DNA of 64,000 bases from positions 1,758,024 to 1,822,023 of the forward strand of contig NW_002060955.1 of NCBI RefSeq assembly GCF_000150275.1, given 5' to 3'. Both the position numbers and the translations under genes were made by a program. Below the pieces are notes generated by a model that did not search any database, was not told the DNA's origin, and saw only the letters and a program-made list of their open reading frames with translations. Below are positions 39,101 to 51,884 of the stretch, in pieces. Every line of letters begins with the position of its first letter. Within the stretch, counting starts at the first letter, position 1. Origin of the DNA: Trichoplax adhaerens (Eukaryota > Animalia > Placozoa).

Positions 39101-39186
39101 ATGTCATCCGTAGAAATATTAACGGGGAACAAGCATTAAGCGACCGTTGTCCAAGAATACTTATTAGTATAGAGAGCACAGTATAA
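36125..39186 (+). CDS. Alpha-arrestin (arrestin-domain-containing protein), copy A; 5 exons
   Basis: YRNGQILSGVVTI; HRFPFSFMITGDQLPSSFENNHCYIRYSLQACIE; GPLRLFANIDHSGYVPGDTL; IPNLTPTIRSSGVIKLDYLLE; FPIVIGT; ends IESTV*. Confidence 0.9.
37307..38090. repeat. Degenerate ~85-89-nt tandem array derived from the exon 3 end and donor site of arrestin A
   Basis: Exonic 'cctaccattcgcagcagtgg...ttaaattggattatttattagag|gttggt' recurs degenerately at 37392, 37478, 37565, 37798, 37887 and 37976. Confidence 0.8.
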
Positions 39187-39779
39187 GTAATTTAAAACAT
39201 AGTAGTCAGAGAAGGATTAGAATAAGTTTCTTCCCCTCTTTCTTTCCTAGAACTTAGAAGTATTATATTGACAGCAGATAATGGAATAGATAATAGTTCT
39301 AGGATCAGTAAGTGTATTGACGATTCTGTACCATAAATTAATCTTTTAAATTGATTTCAATTCCATTGTAAGACTTTGCTTATTCTTGTAATATAAAAGT
39401 TAATAAATAACAATATACCCAAGTTGGGTGAAATACATTGATCTGATTGTGAATGACTAATGGTCTCAACTTGAAAGTGTAATTTATATGAAGATCCAGC
39501 ATAGAGCCAGTTTACAATCCTTTTCAGCCAAGCACTTCAGTTTCTCTCTCATCAAGTATCTCATGAATAACATTTATGACCGATTGCATGGATTAAAGTT
39601 AGCGTACTCGCAATGTATCTTATGTCTGCAGATATAGTTGTTATGACTAGTTAAGCCTTGAAATTTGTATAAATTGTTAAAATTATTTCAAGCATGTTAT
39701 TATTGAGTAGGACATGTTTTAATTTTGCCTATACTGTATGTATGCGTGTACCGTTGATTCTGAACACATGTTCTTGGTT

Positions 39780-40700
39780 GCTTATGCTTTTACCGTCTTT
39801 TGAAGCATCTCACCAAGGCATAAGATGGTATTGGCAGTTCACAATTCGATTCTGAGAATGTATCTTATATATCTACCAGCATCATTGCCACCGTTCATTA
39901 AGCTTAGGCATGGATCGTGGATCGCAAAGTTATTTGAAGTAGGTTATTACAAAACAGAAGGTCTTATAGGTTTGCTTAAATTTTTACCGTCTTTTAAAGT
40001 ATTTTATTAAGGTATAAGATGGATTGACGAACTAGAAATGTTAAGCGTTGGAACTTATAATGGATCGTAAAGTTATCTAAAGAGTGTTATCATAGACTGA
40101 AACATGTCCCAAGTGTAGATTCTAATAACACTATTCGCGCTATCTTTTGCTTCCTTTTTAATGAAGGTGCTTTATTAAAGCATAAGATAGCATTAGCGAT
40201 TTAGAATCAGGATTCTGGATCATATCCCTGTTAACATACATTGCCAAAGCTTGCTAAGAGTTGGCGTTAATACTGTAAAGCTTTTTAACGTGTATTATTA
40301 TAAAATAGAAAGTATTGCAGGTTTACGACTCGTAGTTCAATTTTAACGGAAGTGTCTAATTAAAGCAAAGGATGGTATTAGTAGTTTAGAATCAGAATTC
40401 TGGAAATAAATTTTAAAGCTATTAAGCGTAGTTGCCATGCTAGTTAACTGTAGGTATTTATAGCGAATTTTATGATTGTTCGATGTATGCTGTTTTGATT
40501 AAATAGAAAATTTTTCCACACTAGATTTAATTTTTACCTCGTAATTGATCTCACGAAGGCCTAAGAAGATGTGTATTTTTCTCGTTTGCAATTAGAATTC
40601 TGGAAAGATACCTTGTATTTGTTACCCTTAACTTAGTATACCTGTCACGATTAGCCAAACGTAGGCATTGATGGCGAATCTTCGAGTTGTTTGAAGTATG
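39780..40700. repeat. Highly degenerate ~180-195-nt tandem repeat (~5 copies) between the arrestin genes
   Basis: Recurring 'ttaa.gcataagatggtatt.g...ttagaatc.g.attctgga' near 39820, 40010, 40180, 40365 and 40560. Confidence 0.6.
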
Positions 40701-41259
40701 GAGTTATTACTATTAAATATTGTCGCTGTTTTCATGAATCTATCCAATAATTAAATGTATAATTTTCAAACTATGGAGTAGCAAGAACTTTATGTCTTAA
40801 AAAGCAATCACCGTTTCCAACTTTCTGTGGAACTTTATCGAAAGATGGACAATTCTGATCTCTTCTTATATCTTAAATTGTTTAATACCATATAGAACCA
40901 GGTTGAAGCTTCTTATTAACACTAAATAATGCTATAAAACTATATCAACGAGTAGATAAATAGCTTTAGCCAGACTTTCAAAAACTGTTATCCCTATATT
41001 TCCATCTATAGACTTTTATATGACGAGAAAAATGGCTCGTTTCAACCCTTCAGAATATTTATTCTATGGTCAATCATTATTGCCATATTTAATCATGGAG
41101 AAATGATCCAAACGACTTCATCTCTCTTCTCGCCAAATATGTCAATAGAGTAAAATTCAAGTCGAGTTATTTTACGCAGTGTTTCACATCAATAATATAA
41201 TCCTTGCGAAGATTACTCCCAATTCAGCAAGGCGAGATTGGAAACGATTATATATTATC

Positions 41260-44212
41260 ATGAATCATTTAGACGAATTTAATATTGAGATTCCCGATGG
41301 TAGTCATATTTTACGACGCGGTCAGCAATTAACAGGCTTAATCAGATTAAAACCTAAGGAAACATGGATAGCGAAATGTCTTTGGATCGAATTTTATGGT
41401 CGAGCAAGTATAAAAGCTAACAACGCAAATTTGTCAACATATCGGCAACGACGGGGTCGAAGATTTATGCTTTATGATCTCTACACAGAAAAAACTGAAT
41501 TGTTCTTTAAAGTCAAGAAATGTCTGTGGGGATTCAATGGTAAAATGGCTACAGTCCAATCATGACTTAAAATCCAATAACTTAAATAAGCATAACTAAA
41601 TTGAATTTTTCCTGAGTGAGTAAGCTAATAATTTATAATTAAGTTTTCCTTTATAACTATGAACAATTTAGGATTACCTGATGAATCTGAGAATTCGAAA
41701 CTCATGGACAATCCTTGTCATTTGAAAATTTTAGCCGCTAAATCTCATCAGTTTTCCTTTGCTTTTTTCGTACCTAATGACGAATTACCTTCCTCTATCG
41801 AAGGTGATCGATTCTATGTTCGATATTCCCTTCGAGCATGCATTGAAAAGCTTAACGGAAGGGATTACTTCATGGAAAGGATTTTAACATTGAGAACTCC
41901 AGTTGACGTCAGTTCATTCAATTTCATCGTAAGTAAAAATTAGCGAATGATTGCCTTGTATTTAGGACTCTATTAAAATTCAACGTTGCAACGAATTTAG
42001 CCATGTCAATTTGTTTATTAGTCTTCTTTCTAGCACAGCTGCTTAGCATTGGAAAGTTGATTTCACTCACAGTTTTAAGAATTCATTGTGAGATGCTTTG
42101 AATTACTGTTTGCAACTTGGCTATTGCAAAACAATTGCTTTCCTAGCTATTAATCTGAACTAATTTCATAAAAGATTATTGTGTTATGACGTGAGCAGTT
42201 GTGGCAGGCTTATCCTAGAATACTTACGTTAAATCTTTCATCGTTATGTAATTATGGCATATATTTTGCACTTAATCACATAAATAGCAATCTAACCTAA
42301 ACAAGTTAAATAGCAGCTAAATAACCTACTAATAGTAATGATGTCTACCTGAATTATCAAAGTAATTATCGTTATTGATATTTTTATTGGCATTATTGCA
42401 TAAGCACTAACGCAAATATTTTGGTTCTAATAGCTAACGATTGTTTGGTAATACGAGATCAATCCAAATAGATTTAGGAAATGTTAAAGTAGCTTCGAAA
42501 CAAGTTCAAAGCTAATCATTGTTTGAGTATCTAATTTAAGCTTTAGGATGTTCTATCTTTCCTACGAAGTCCATTATTCTACTCTATCCATACACTAGAA
42601 TATCGATCCCTTTTATTTATAGTTTATTTTCATCACTCGATAACGAAAGACAGCTTATGCGAGCAATGTCTACTAATTCGATTGTCTTGACTACTATCGA
42701 TTAAGCCCTTATTAAGTTTGCCATGATTGCGTAATTATCTTTCTGATCAGAAACGACGGTTAAAATTCAAGTTAAGAATATAAATCAAAAAGAATGTAAT
42801 AAATCGCATTTTAGCTCTGCAATAAATCGAGTATAGGTCGATATTAAAGTAATGTGAGTGAGTTGAAAAAAGTACTTGGACCTTCGTTATATTGACATTC
42901 ATTTTCACTTAAAAATGATTACTTTAGATCCCGCCACTATCCTACCAAGCCGAGAGAGTTGTTACTAGCTGGTGTTGTCATTCTAGACCAGTACGATTGT
43001 TAGTCTCCATTAATCGCAATGGTTATTACCCTGGTGAAGATATTTCATTTAGCGTAAAAGCTACAAATAAAACTAGAAAAATCCTTGGCAAGATCAAAGT
43101 GAAACTCTATCAGGTATTGAATTCTAGATTTGTTAGAGGCCCACAACGTAAATGCTACGCTCGTCAGCAGTATGATCGCAAGCTTGGACCTGGTGATACC
43201 ATCTTTTGGCAAAATGGTAGAATAACTATTCCTAATATTCCACCTACCATTCAAGCTTGTGCACTAGCTCGCATTGATTACGAAGTGCAGGTTGGTCCTT
43301 CATAGAAAGTTGCTTTAGTTAATGTTTATCCCTATTAAAATCAGAAAGACTTTGACATTTTACTTTACTGATTCCATTAAAATAAAAAAGAATTCTATGC
43401 GACTATTTCCGTTGATATTATACCTTGCTCATAGTACCTACAAACCAGAGTATTCCTAAAATAAAAGTGAATTAGAAAATATTTATCGCATTATACTGTA
43501 CTGTATTGCACCTATTCTAGAAAAGCCGGAATTATTCAAGATTGAATCTTATCTATTTTAGTTGATGTCAAAAAATTGGCAATTGCGTAATACTGAAATT
43601 TTATTGAATACTCGTGACTGAATTTATTTTTGCTTTGCTATAGTACCTGTTTAACTTAATTATTAAATCTTTAGATACTTTTCCTTGCTATCTTAATTAA
43701 TTTGATACGTTTAGATCGAATACAAAGGGAAGTAGTTGATTTTCATTATTTTTAATTTTTAATCATCCATAGATAACTAGGCTTCAATTGTAATTGGCAG
43801 AGTGTAAGATAAGTGAGACTAAATTCAATTTACAAATGTATCTATCTACTGACACAGGCAATAGTACCTATACCCTTCGATCATGACATTATAGTAGCAT
43901 TTAAGATTGTCATTGGGAGTGAACCAGTTCAAACTACTCTATCGCATCAAGAAAATACATTGCGTAAGTTACGATACATAGAATTCATCATGCACGTTGT
44001 CTTGAAATATTGCTGTACTACAGATTTCAAAACTGACAATATATAGGGCGGTAAACATAATATTATTTCACATAATAGGACAATCAACACATCGTATACG
44101 TCAATTCAGTTGCGATGAAATTGAAGAGATCACTAGAAAATTTAAAAATACCATGACATGGGAGAATGATGATGATTTTGGATATAAAGACAGCTTGGAG
44201 ACTACCGTGTAA
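41260..44212 (+). CDS. Alpha-arrestin (arrestin-domain-containing protein), copy B; 5 exons
   Basis: RRGQQLTGLIRL; HQFSFAFFVPNDELPSSIEGDRFYVRYSLRACIE; INRNGYYPGEDI; IPNIPPTIQACALARIDYEVQ; FKIVIGSEP; same intron positions as copy A; ends LETTV*. Confidence 0.9.
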
Positions 44213-44784
44213 AGTACCAGTATACTCTTAAAAATTCCGTAAACTTTAAGAAGCTGTATAAAATACGATAAGATAAAGCAGCTGCTCTCCTACTTTATGC
44301 AGTACGAATATTTGTCTTGGATTTTGTCAATAGAAACGATGAAGCATTTGTTATTGCGTATTTTTGCCGCTTAACAATTACAGCATCAAGCCTAGTTTGA
44401 GAAATGAATCTGATAATACACAATTGGCTAATGTTTAGTATATCGCCATGAATCTTTAAAAAAAATCATATTTTGCAGTAAATCTAGGCAACTGTAGGGA
44501 GTTTGATAAGTGTTGCTACTGTTTTGTTATAAGTTCTGTTTATTATGCTATAAATGATATGCTTTATTCATCTTTTGCAGCTTCTTTTAACATAGAATAA
44601 CTTGAAGCTTAGTTTACGAAATCGGTTATTAAACTTTTGGCAAGTTTGATATGTATAACTCTGTTCAAAATCATATAATTATAATGCTTTTAATTGTTGA
44701 TAAAAGTGTCTACACGACTGCTGTATGTTCATCAGCGCAATAAGCTTGCTGCTGTTGTAAGTTGAGTATCAGAATCTTCCAGCT

Positions 44785-47700
44785 TTATATGCTCTTTCCG
44801 ATTCCCTTCTTTCAGCATTTCTAGGGTTATCTTTTGTTCTTGATTTTTCTTGTTGTGGGTTACAGCAACATGAATGTCGCAGTTAGGTTGAATCAAATCA
44901 CGCTCATGAGCAGCCGCTAATTGATTAATGATACGTTTTTCGGTCTAGAGAAAAGTAAGAAATTATAGTAAAGTATTAAATCTGCGTCGCTTCGTTAAAA
45001 ATATTATTTCTTAAGAAATAGCTAAGGAATTTATAATATGACCACTTTACCTCATATTTAATCGATCTAGCGCCATAATAAACGTCATATCCGTCCGCAA
45101 TAACCTCGAGAACTTCTTTGTCCCAAGTTAAATTAATATTGTGTCTATGCTTTGCCTATATAAAACAAAATATAGTTGAAGGAAACAGCGTTGATACTTT
45201 AAGAGGAGTGAATCTATTCAGAAATGCTATATATACTGTATACTGTACGTACAATTTTCGACCAATAGCATAATTCCTTGTTAACCAGTAGTAATAGTTC
45301 AGATCGAGAAAACGGTAGAAAATATAGTATTTCGTTAATTCTTCCAAGAAATTCATCGCGCCTAAAATGACTCTATATAAAATCGGATAATGTACATTTA
45401 TTTAATTTTCAGCATTTTAATTTCGTTGCAAAGTAGAAAATGTACTGTATCATTTATCCAATCATAAAATGTTTAATTGAATGATTACTTTTAAAATTGG
45501 CTTTATGACTTTATCGCAAAAACTTTTAGACAGGGTAATTTTATCTTCTAAATCGCTAATTTCTTCGATGAATAGAAATAGAAATTAGGTTTAGTACAGA
45601 TAGACATACAGTTAAATTATTAAGAATAGATAAAACAGAAAATCCTCAAGCCGGAAACGATGGAAGCATGGATTAATTAAAATTATAATTGAAAGATTAC
45701 TGTACAAATTCTAACCAGCATCTGATTTCTTTCTTTCGATAGCTAATTCTTTGGCTTTTTTTCTCAATTCCATTGCATAATTTGCAATTTCGGCATTGCC
45801 GAGGTTGCACGTCATTATAAATATAGCGTCTTTACAGTCTATAGTTTTACCTTTCCCGTCAGTAAGCCGCCCCTGTAAGAGTTAAATAGATAGTTGGATA
45901 GATAAAGCTTCACTACTTTTTAAATTTTTATCTGTATTAGATACAATTTAGCGGTTACCAGTCACTATTGAGTCAGTATCATGTATTCAGAGAGGTTTAC
46001 CTCATCAAACAATTGAAGTAAAATTGTCAATACGTCAGGATGTGCTTTATCAACCTATAAGACATTACCGGATATCGTGGTACAATATTAAGGGAAATTA
46101 GGATATAGCACTCCTAGAATTTTAATGTCACATAAATCTCTCCATGGCATAAATGAACGGCGTTACGAGTACTAACCTCATCGAGTAAAACAACAGCGTT
46201 GGAACACTTCTTTAAACGTTTTGTTAATTGACCACCTTCGTCATGACCAATATATCCTGGAGGTGAACCAATCATTTTTGCTACCTGAAAGGGTACGAGT
46301 TACGAGCAAGCGTGTGAGCAATATAAACATGTAGTTTCAATATATGATATTAAAGATTGCCTCGTGTTTTTCTTGATATTCAGACATATCGAGTCGAATA
46401 AAGCCCTAGCATAAATTGGGAATTAAAACGCTAAGGATTTGATCACATTTGTAACTGAAAAATGAACAAATCATTGCAAACATGCTATTGATTACGTTTT
46501 CTAAATCCTTGTGAATATATTTTGCAACTTGCTTTGCGAGTTCAGTCTTTCCTAGTTAAATAATAAATTTTACAGTGAATGTCGTTGAATTTGCCTGTAT
46601 AACTCCTCTATTTAAAGACTAGCAAATTGCTTGCATGTTAGATAATATTTACTATCCACACAGGTACCTATTCCTGATGAGCCAAGAAAAAGAAATACCA
46701 TCGGGCGATCTTCGTTATGCCAACCATTCTCTTTTCGGCGAATTGCTAAAAGTTTGTAACGCACGATGCATGTAAAATTATTAGTTTTCATTTGATCGGT
46801 GGAACAATAATCTGAATAATTGCAGTAGTTGCACTGCTAACAAATACAAAATGATATTACCAGAAGCAACTGCAGCAATAGGTAATTCTTGTCCAATAAT
46901 TTGCTCTTTAATACGTTTTTCCAAAGGGTATCGTTTGCGTTCGACAGCAGCTTCCTTCAATTTCTGTGCTCGATACTACGCCATCACAACTCATATTAGT
47001 ATCATAATTTTTACTTGATCTTAAATATTAAACGTTGACCTTCACTTCAGCATTTTTCAGCGTTTCGATAATTTCTTCATCATCGGTATACTCGACCGGC
47101 AAATGTCCCATTTGACTCTTCAAGTTCGGCGCAGCACCTGTTTATTGGACAAAATAGTCATTAATTGAAGTCATCAATGTGTACTATACAGTATTTTAGA
47201 ACTGGAAAACGTTGAATCATGGCGCTTAAAATGTAAATTTACAGTTGAGCCTAATAAAATTTTATGTATGTACAGTAAACCGACCTGCTTCCAGTAATAT
47301 TTCAATAATTTGAGTTTTGCGAAATAAAACGGCATAATGCAATGCAGTAAATCCTCTGCAATCATAGTTGGGTCTTAAACTGCTATTGAATTCAGCTTCT
47401 CTTTTTTGAATTACTAATACGTATACAATTTAAAATTATCGATATAATTCAATAAAATAGCTAGTAGCCGTTGGAAATGAATAAGTTTCAGTGAGATTGA
47501 TCATCTTACCTGAATAAACATCGATGCCCTTTTGCTGAGCTATACGGAATGGTGTTGAATAGAAATCACCAGCATCGACATCGGCTCCAGCATCAAGTAG
47601 CACCTTTACAGCCCTTTACGATGTCAACAAAATGTTAGCCTGGAGATAAAGTGTCAATCTTAACACTAGGCTATTCATGATAAGTGTAGCGAGACGGATG

Positions 47701-48517
47701 GCAGTTCAAATGGAATCAAGCAGAGGTACAGTATTTACTTACTCTTGGCAACCATTAGCAGTTGCACATTGAAGAGCAGTCCAGCCTAAAGGATGGCGCT
47801 GATTGACATCAGTCCCATTTTGAATCAGCCTACCATGTCGAGATGGATCATATCAACGTTGTTAGGGTTTTTAACGCAACCGCTTTGATATGTATTGCAG
47901 ATTGTCAATTCATATAGCAAAGGTATTTTTCTATTTTCATACATTCAAGAATACGGTTGTGGTACTGACAGTACGTTAAGATGTTACCTTTTCAATATTG
48001 TAATATCATTGACCTTTGCAGCATAGCAGAGCTTGATAATTTCACCCGAGTCTGCAGACAACGCAATAGTAGAATTTGTAAATAAATGATCAATTTTGAA
48101 AAGAATTGATGTACGACAAGTAGTCTGGATTATAGTTACTATCATTACGCTAACAGGTTTAGCTATCATCAATACTACATCAAAGGCACCAATAATTTTG
48201 TATTCCTTCTTAATCATGAATATCCGAATAGACATACCAGTCTTGCTGCAAGGTATGATGGATAACTGATCGCCATCGTTGACAGTTAAAAGGAAAAGTC
48301 CAAGTGCAGCTGTCGATAGCCACGGGACGGTACGAGCTGGGAATGAACAAGCGGAGATCGAAGGCAAGCCATAAGAATATTTTATTCTTGATCTCCAACC
48401 ATCAACAGTCTTAATGACTGGATTTGTTTGCTTCGATCGTTGTCGAAGTACAAAGATTAAACGGCCAATAAGGCGATCAGTATTGCGAGCTAATTTGCAA
48501 GCGAAATTCATCGACAT
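44785..48517 (-). CDS. CLPB: Mitochondrial ankyrin-repeat AAA+ disaggregase Skd3/CLPB (multi-exon)
   Basis: Arg-rich targeting peptide; hydrophobic propeptide; ankyrin repeats ([23 protein letters not shown]); Walker A FLGSSGI|GKT; pore loop [16 protein letters not shown]; Walker B LLDE|VDKAH; GRLTDGKG. Confidence 0.96.
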
Positions 48518-49017
48518 TGAACCAATTCTTCTTGAAAGTCGAGCAATCACTTTCTGGGTCCACCTGGAGTTCTATGACGATCAAATCAGCAACAACTTGC
48601 TCCTTTCCAAGACAGTTTTACAAGGCGGTCAACACTACAACCTAGATCGAGCAGATTAATGCTAACTAATACTAACTATAATCAAAAATTAGTCAGATCA
48701 TCGATAATTATTTCTAATTCATTCTCGATGATGCAATCACGAATCAGCAAAATGTGCAAAAGTTCACCAGCTTACTTGACTTATATACAGTTATCCTGTA
48801 TGTGGACAACTGGACATTGTAAGCTACAGTATAGTAGGCGTTTTCCACCGGTCGTTTGCTGACAAGCAGTGGTACGGTACTTAACAACATTTCGCTATAC
48901 TCTAGTATATAATGTAGTATATTGTATAGGACGTAATACTATCTAGTCTGTTTCATATTGATTTTAGTAAAATCATAAATGCTCCCAAAGCAATCCACTC
49001 TCTTCACTTTAAATGGA

Positions 49018-50830
49018 TTTTGAACTGGCACTTGACTAAACTAGTTTGCAATACGTGTACTGATTGAATATGCAATGCTCACTTTACCGACTTTGATCGA
49101 CTGTGCAAGTAGAAGGATTGTGATCGTAGATGTTTAGCATGCTATTATTGGTAGATAGATAACGATCTACACTTACAATGTTATCTAAGTCCTGCTAATA
49201 GATGTTTATACAGATGGGCTAGAAAAACGTTGGTATATCAACGCCAAATTGAGATTCATGTACAGTCTATCAGAAGTATAGTTAGTGCATGCTACAACTG
49301 CAATAGCAAAACAAACCACTCACGAATACTGCGAGATCGATCATTAATAAATTTCTCCATCGTCCTAATGATTTGAGTTACGCACCAATGTAGTTAACAA
49401 AGTCTCTGAGCGTTAGTGTAACCTCAGACAACGAAGTACTAGGGTTGTAAGCCTAACACAAAATCAGATAATAAATGTGCACGGTAACTCAAGTTTATTT
49501 TTAAGCAAGCACGAATCTCATATTAATGGAAATCTTTAGATCAAGATAAACCTGAACCAATTTACATGAGTTATCCAATCATACACTGACTACTCATCCA
49601 AAATGCTTCAAACGCGACTCCACTTGACTCTAGCAAAAAGCAGTTCAATGCTAATCTTTAGATCAAGATAAAGCTAAACCAGTTTAGATGAGTTATTCAA
49701 TCATACAATGACAACTCATCCAAAATGTTTCAAACGCGACTCCACTTAACTTTAGCTAAAAGTAGTTCATTACTTAAATATGGCGATACTGCAGCCAAAT
49801 GTCAAGAAGACATGCCTGACAATCGCCTAGACTGTAGTCTATAGCTTCCCCGTTACAAGTCTCGCAACTGAGTTATATTGGATTAGATGATTATTTAGTA
49901 AGAAGTTACAAATTTGAACTAGCTCTTGACTAATAAAGTAGTTTGGAATACGTGTACAGTTTGTATATGGAATCTTTCCCTAGCCGAACTTGACCAACTA
50001 TGCAAGTAGAGGGATTGTCATCGTGGATGACAGGTGTTTGGCCTACAATCATCTCTATACTGTAGCTAACGATATGTTTTTACGATGTTGTCGAAGTCAT
50101 GCTAATAGATGCTTATGCAGATGAGCTACAAATAAGTTGGTATTTCAACGCCAGCAAGAGATTAAAGTCCAGTCTATGAGAGGTAGGTAGTTGGTGCTCC
50201 TCTTGGCAATACAGCAGGTAAATGTTAAGGAAGACATCCCTGACAATCGTTTAAACAATAGTCCCGAACGTTCTCGTTACAAGTCTCTCAACTTGGCTAT
50301 GTTGGATTAAGTAACTACATCAATAGTTTGTTAGCAATAAATTACTACAGCATTTTGAACCGTCTCTCGATTAATTAACTAGTTTATAACGCGCGTATAC
50401 AGTTTATATATGGAATGCTAAGCTTACCGAACTTGATCAGCTATGCAATTACCGTACAAGTAAAGCGATTGTGATCGGGTTACTGGATGTTTTGCATGAG
50501 ATCAATTATGTAGATAATGGCATACTGTTATAATGCTGTCTATGTCTTGCTAATTCATGTTTATATGAATATGTTAGAAATGAGTTAGTATTTCAATGCC
50601 AGTTTGAGATTAAAACTTGCTCTATGAGAGACAGTTAATGCACCTCCTGGCGGCAAATAAGGGTTGGTATGGAATCGTACTGAAGGCGAATGTCAATAGG
50701 GAAATGCTTTTCGAAATTTACTTATAGTCCTAACTTTCTTGTTACAAGTTTCACAACTTAGATACGAGTAGGTTGGATTAAATAATTACACCAACAGTTA
50801 TTTAGCAATGAGCTACTACTATAATAATAA
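49018..50830. repeat. Degenerate ~440-460-nt tandem repeat (3 copies) plus a nested 122-nt duplication (49533-49770)
   Basis: 'tttgaac....cttgactaa...tagtttg.aatacgtgtac...caagtaga.ggattgt.atcg...gttggtat.tcaacgcca' at ~49018, ~49912 and ~50354. Confidence 0.8.
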
Positions 50831-51884
50831 TTCACTATTGTTTTCCATAACGAAAATGAGTTCATAACCATTATTATCTTTTTCTGTAATACTAATATTG
50901 ACATGGAAAGACATCGAATTTTAGAGCAAGCGGCTAAATTAGTTCAACTATACAATTAAAGGATCTTGTAACTGTAAGCTGCTAGCACAGTAACAATTTA
51001 TCATTGATTTCTATAATGGAAAATGGATTTAATTGATAAAGTATATTTGATCATGTCATCCTGTAATGCATCACTACTGTAATTAGCTAAAGCCATTACC
51101 GTTAACCTAAAGGGAAATACTAGAAGCGTAACAATTATATATGTTAAAATCTGCAGGGAAGCCGTATAAAATTTCGAAAGGGTACAATAAATTTAGATTA
51201 AATTGACGAAAATATCACGAAAGTTTTCTAACAGCAAGCTGTTAATATAATAAAAATTCATTGTTGCTTCCCAAAATGAAAACAGGTTAATAATCATTTA
51301 CATCCTTTGAGTAATACAAATATTGACATAGAAAACGTTAGATTACGAGATACGGTAAATAATTTATTTCCAGTATTACTGGAGAATACTGATTAGAATA
51401 CCCAATAAGTCTAATCCTGATTGAAGTTCAAGTCGGATTCTCATTCTACTTCATTGCTTCAATTAACTCTAACAAATCTACACCATAGCCTTTGCTAGTA
51501 GTTAGGAATAAGCTTTTAATGACTTTTAAGGCAAAAATATATCCTACAGATTATTCAGCCTTTTTAATTCACTGTCATTGATTAGCACGTTATTCCATGG
51601 ATATTGTGCATCGTATAAGAAATAATTGGTCTGTATATTGTCATTTATTCATAAATTCACTAATGATTAATGGATGGTACTAACCGTAAGTAGTCATGAT
51701 TCATTGATGACATTTTTATTGTTCTGTAATATCGTAAGATATGTCTAGACTTTAAAAATGCGCAAAATTCGTATTTAGAAAAATCTCAGCAACAGTCTCC
51801 AGTATGCAATCTTCTGCATAATAGCATGTCAATTATGATAAGGGATGCCAATAAATTAATTAAATAGAAAATAATTCATTAGAA

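Noticed and set aside
44785-48517. Horizontally acquired bacterial ClpB
   Set aside because: Ankyrin repeats plus a single AAA+ domain and many spliceosomal introns identify the ordinary metazoan Skd3/CLPB
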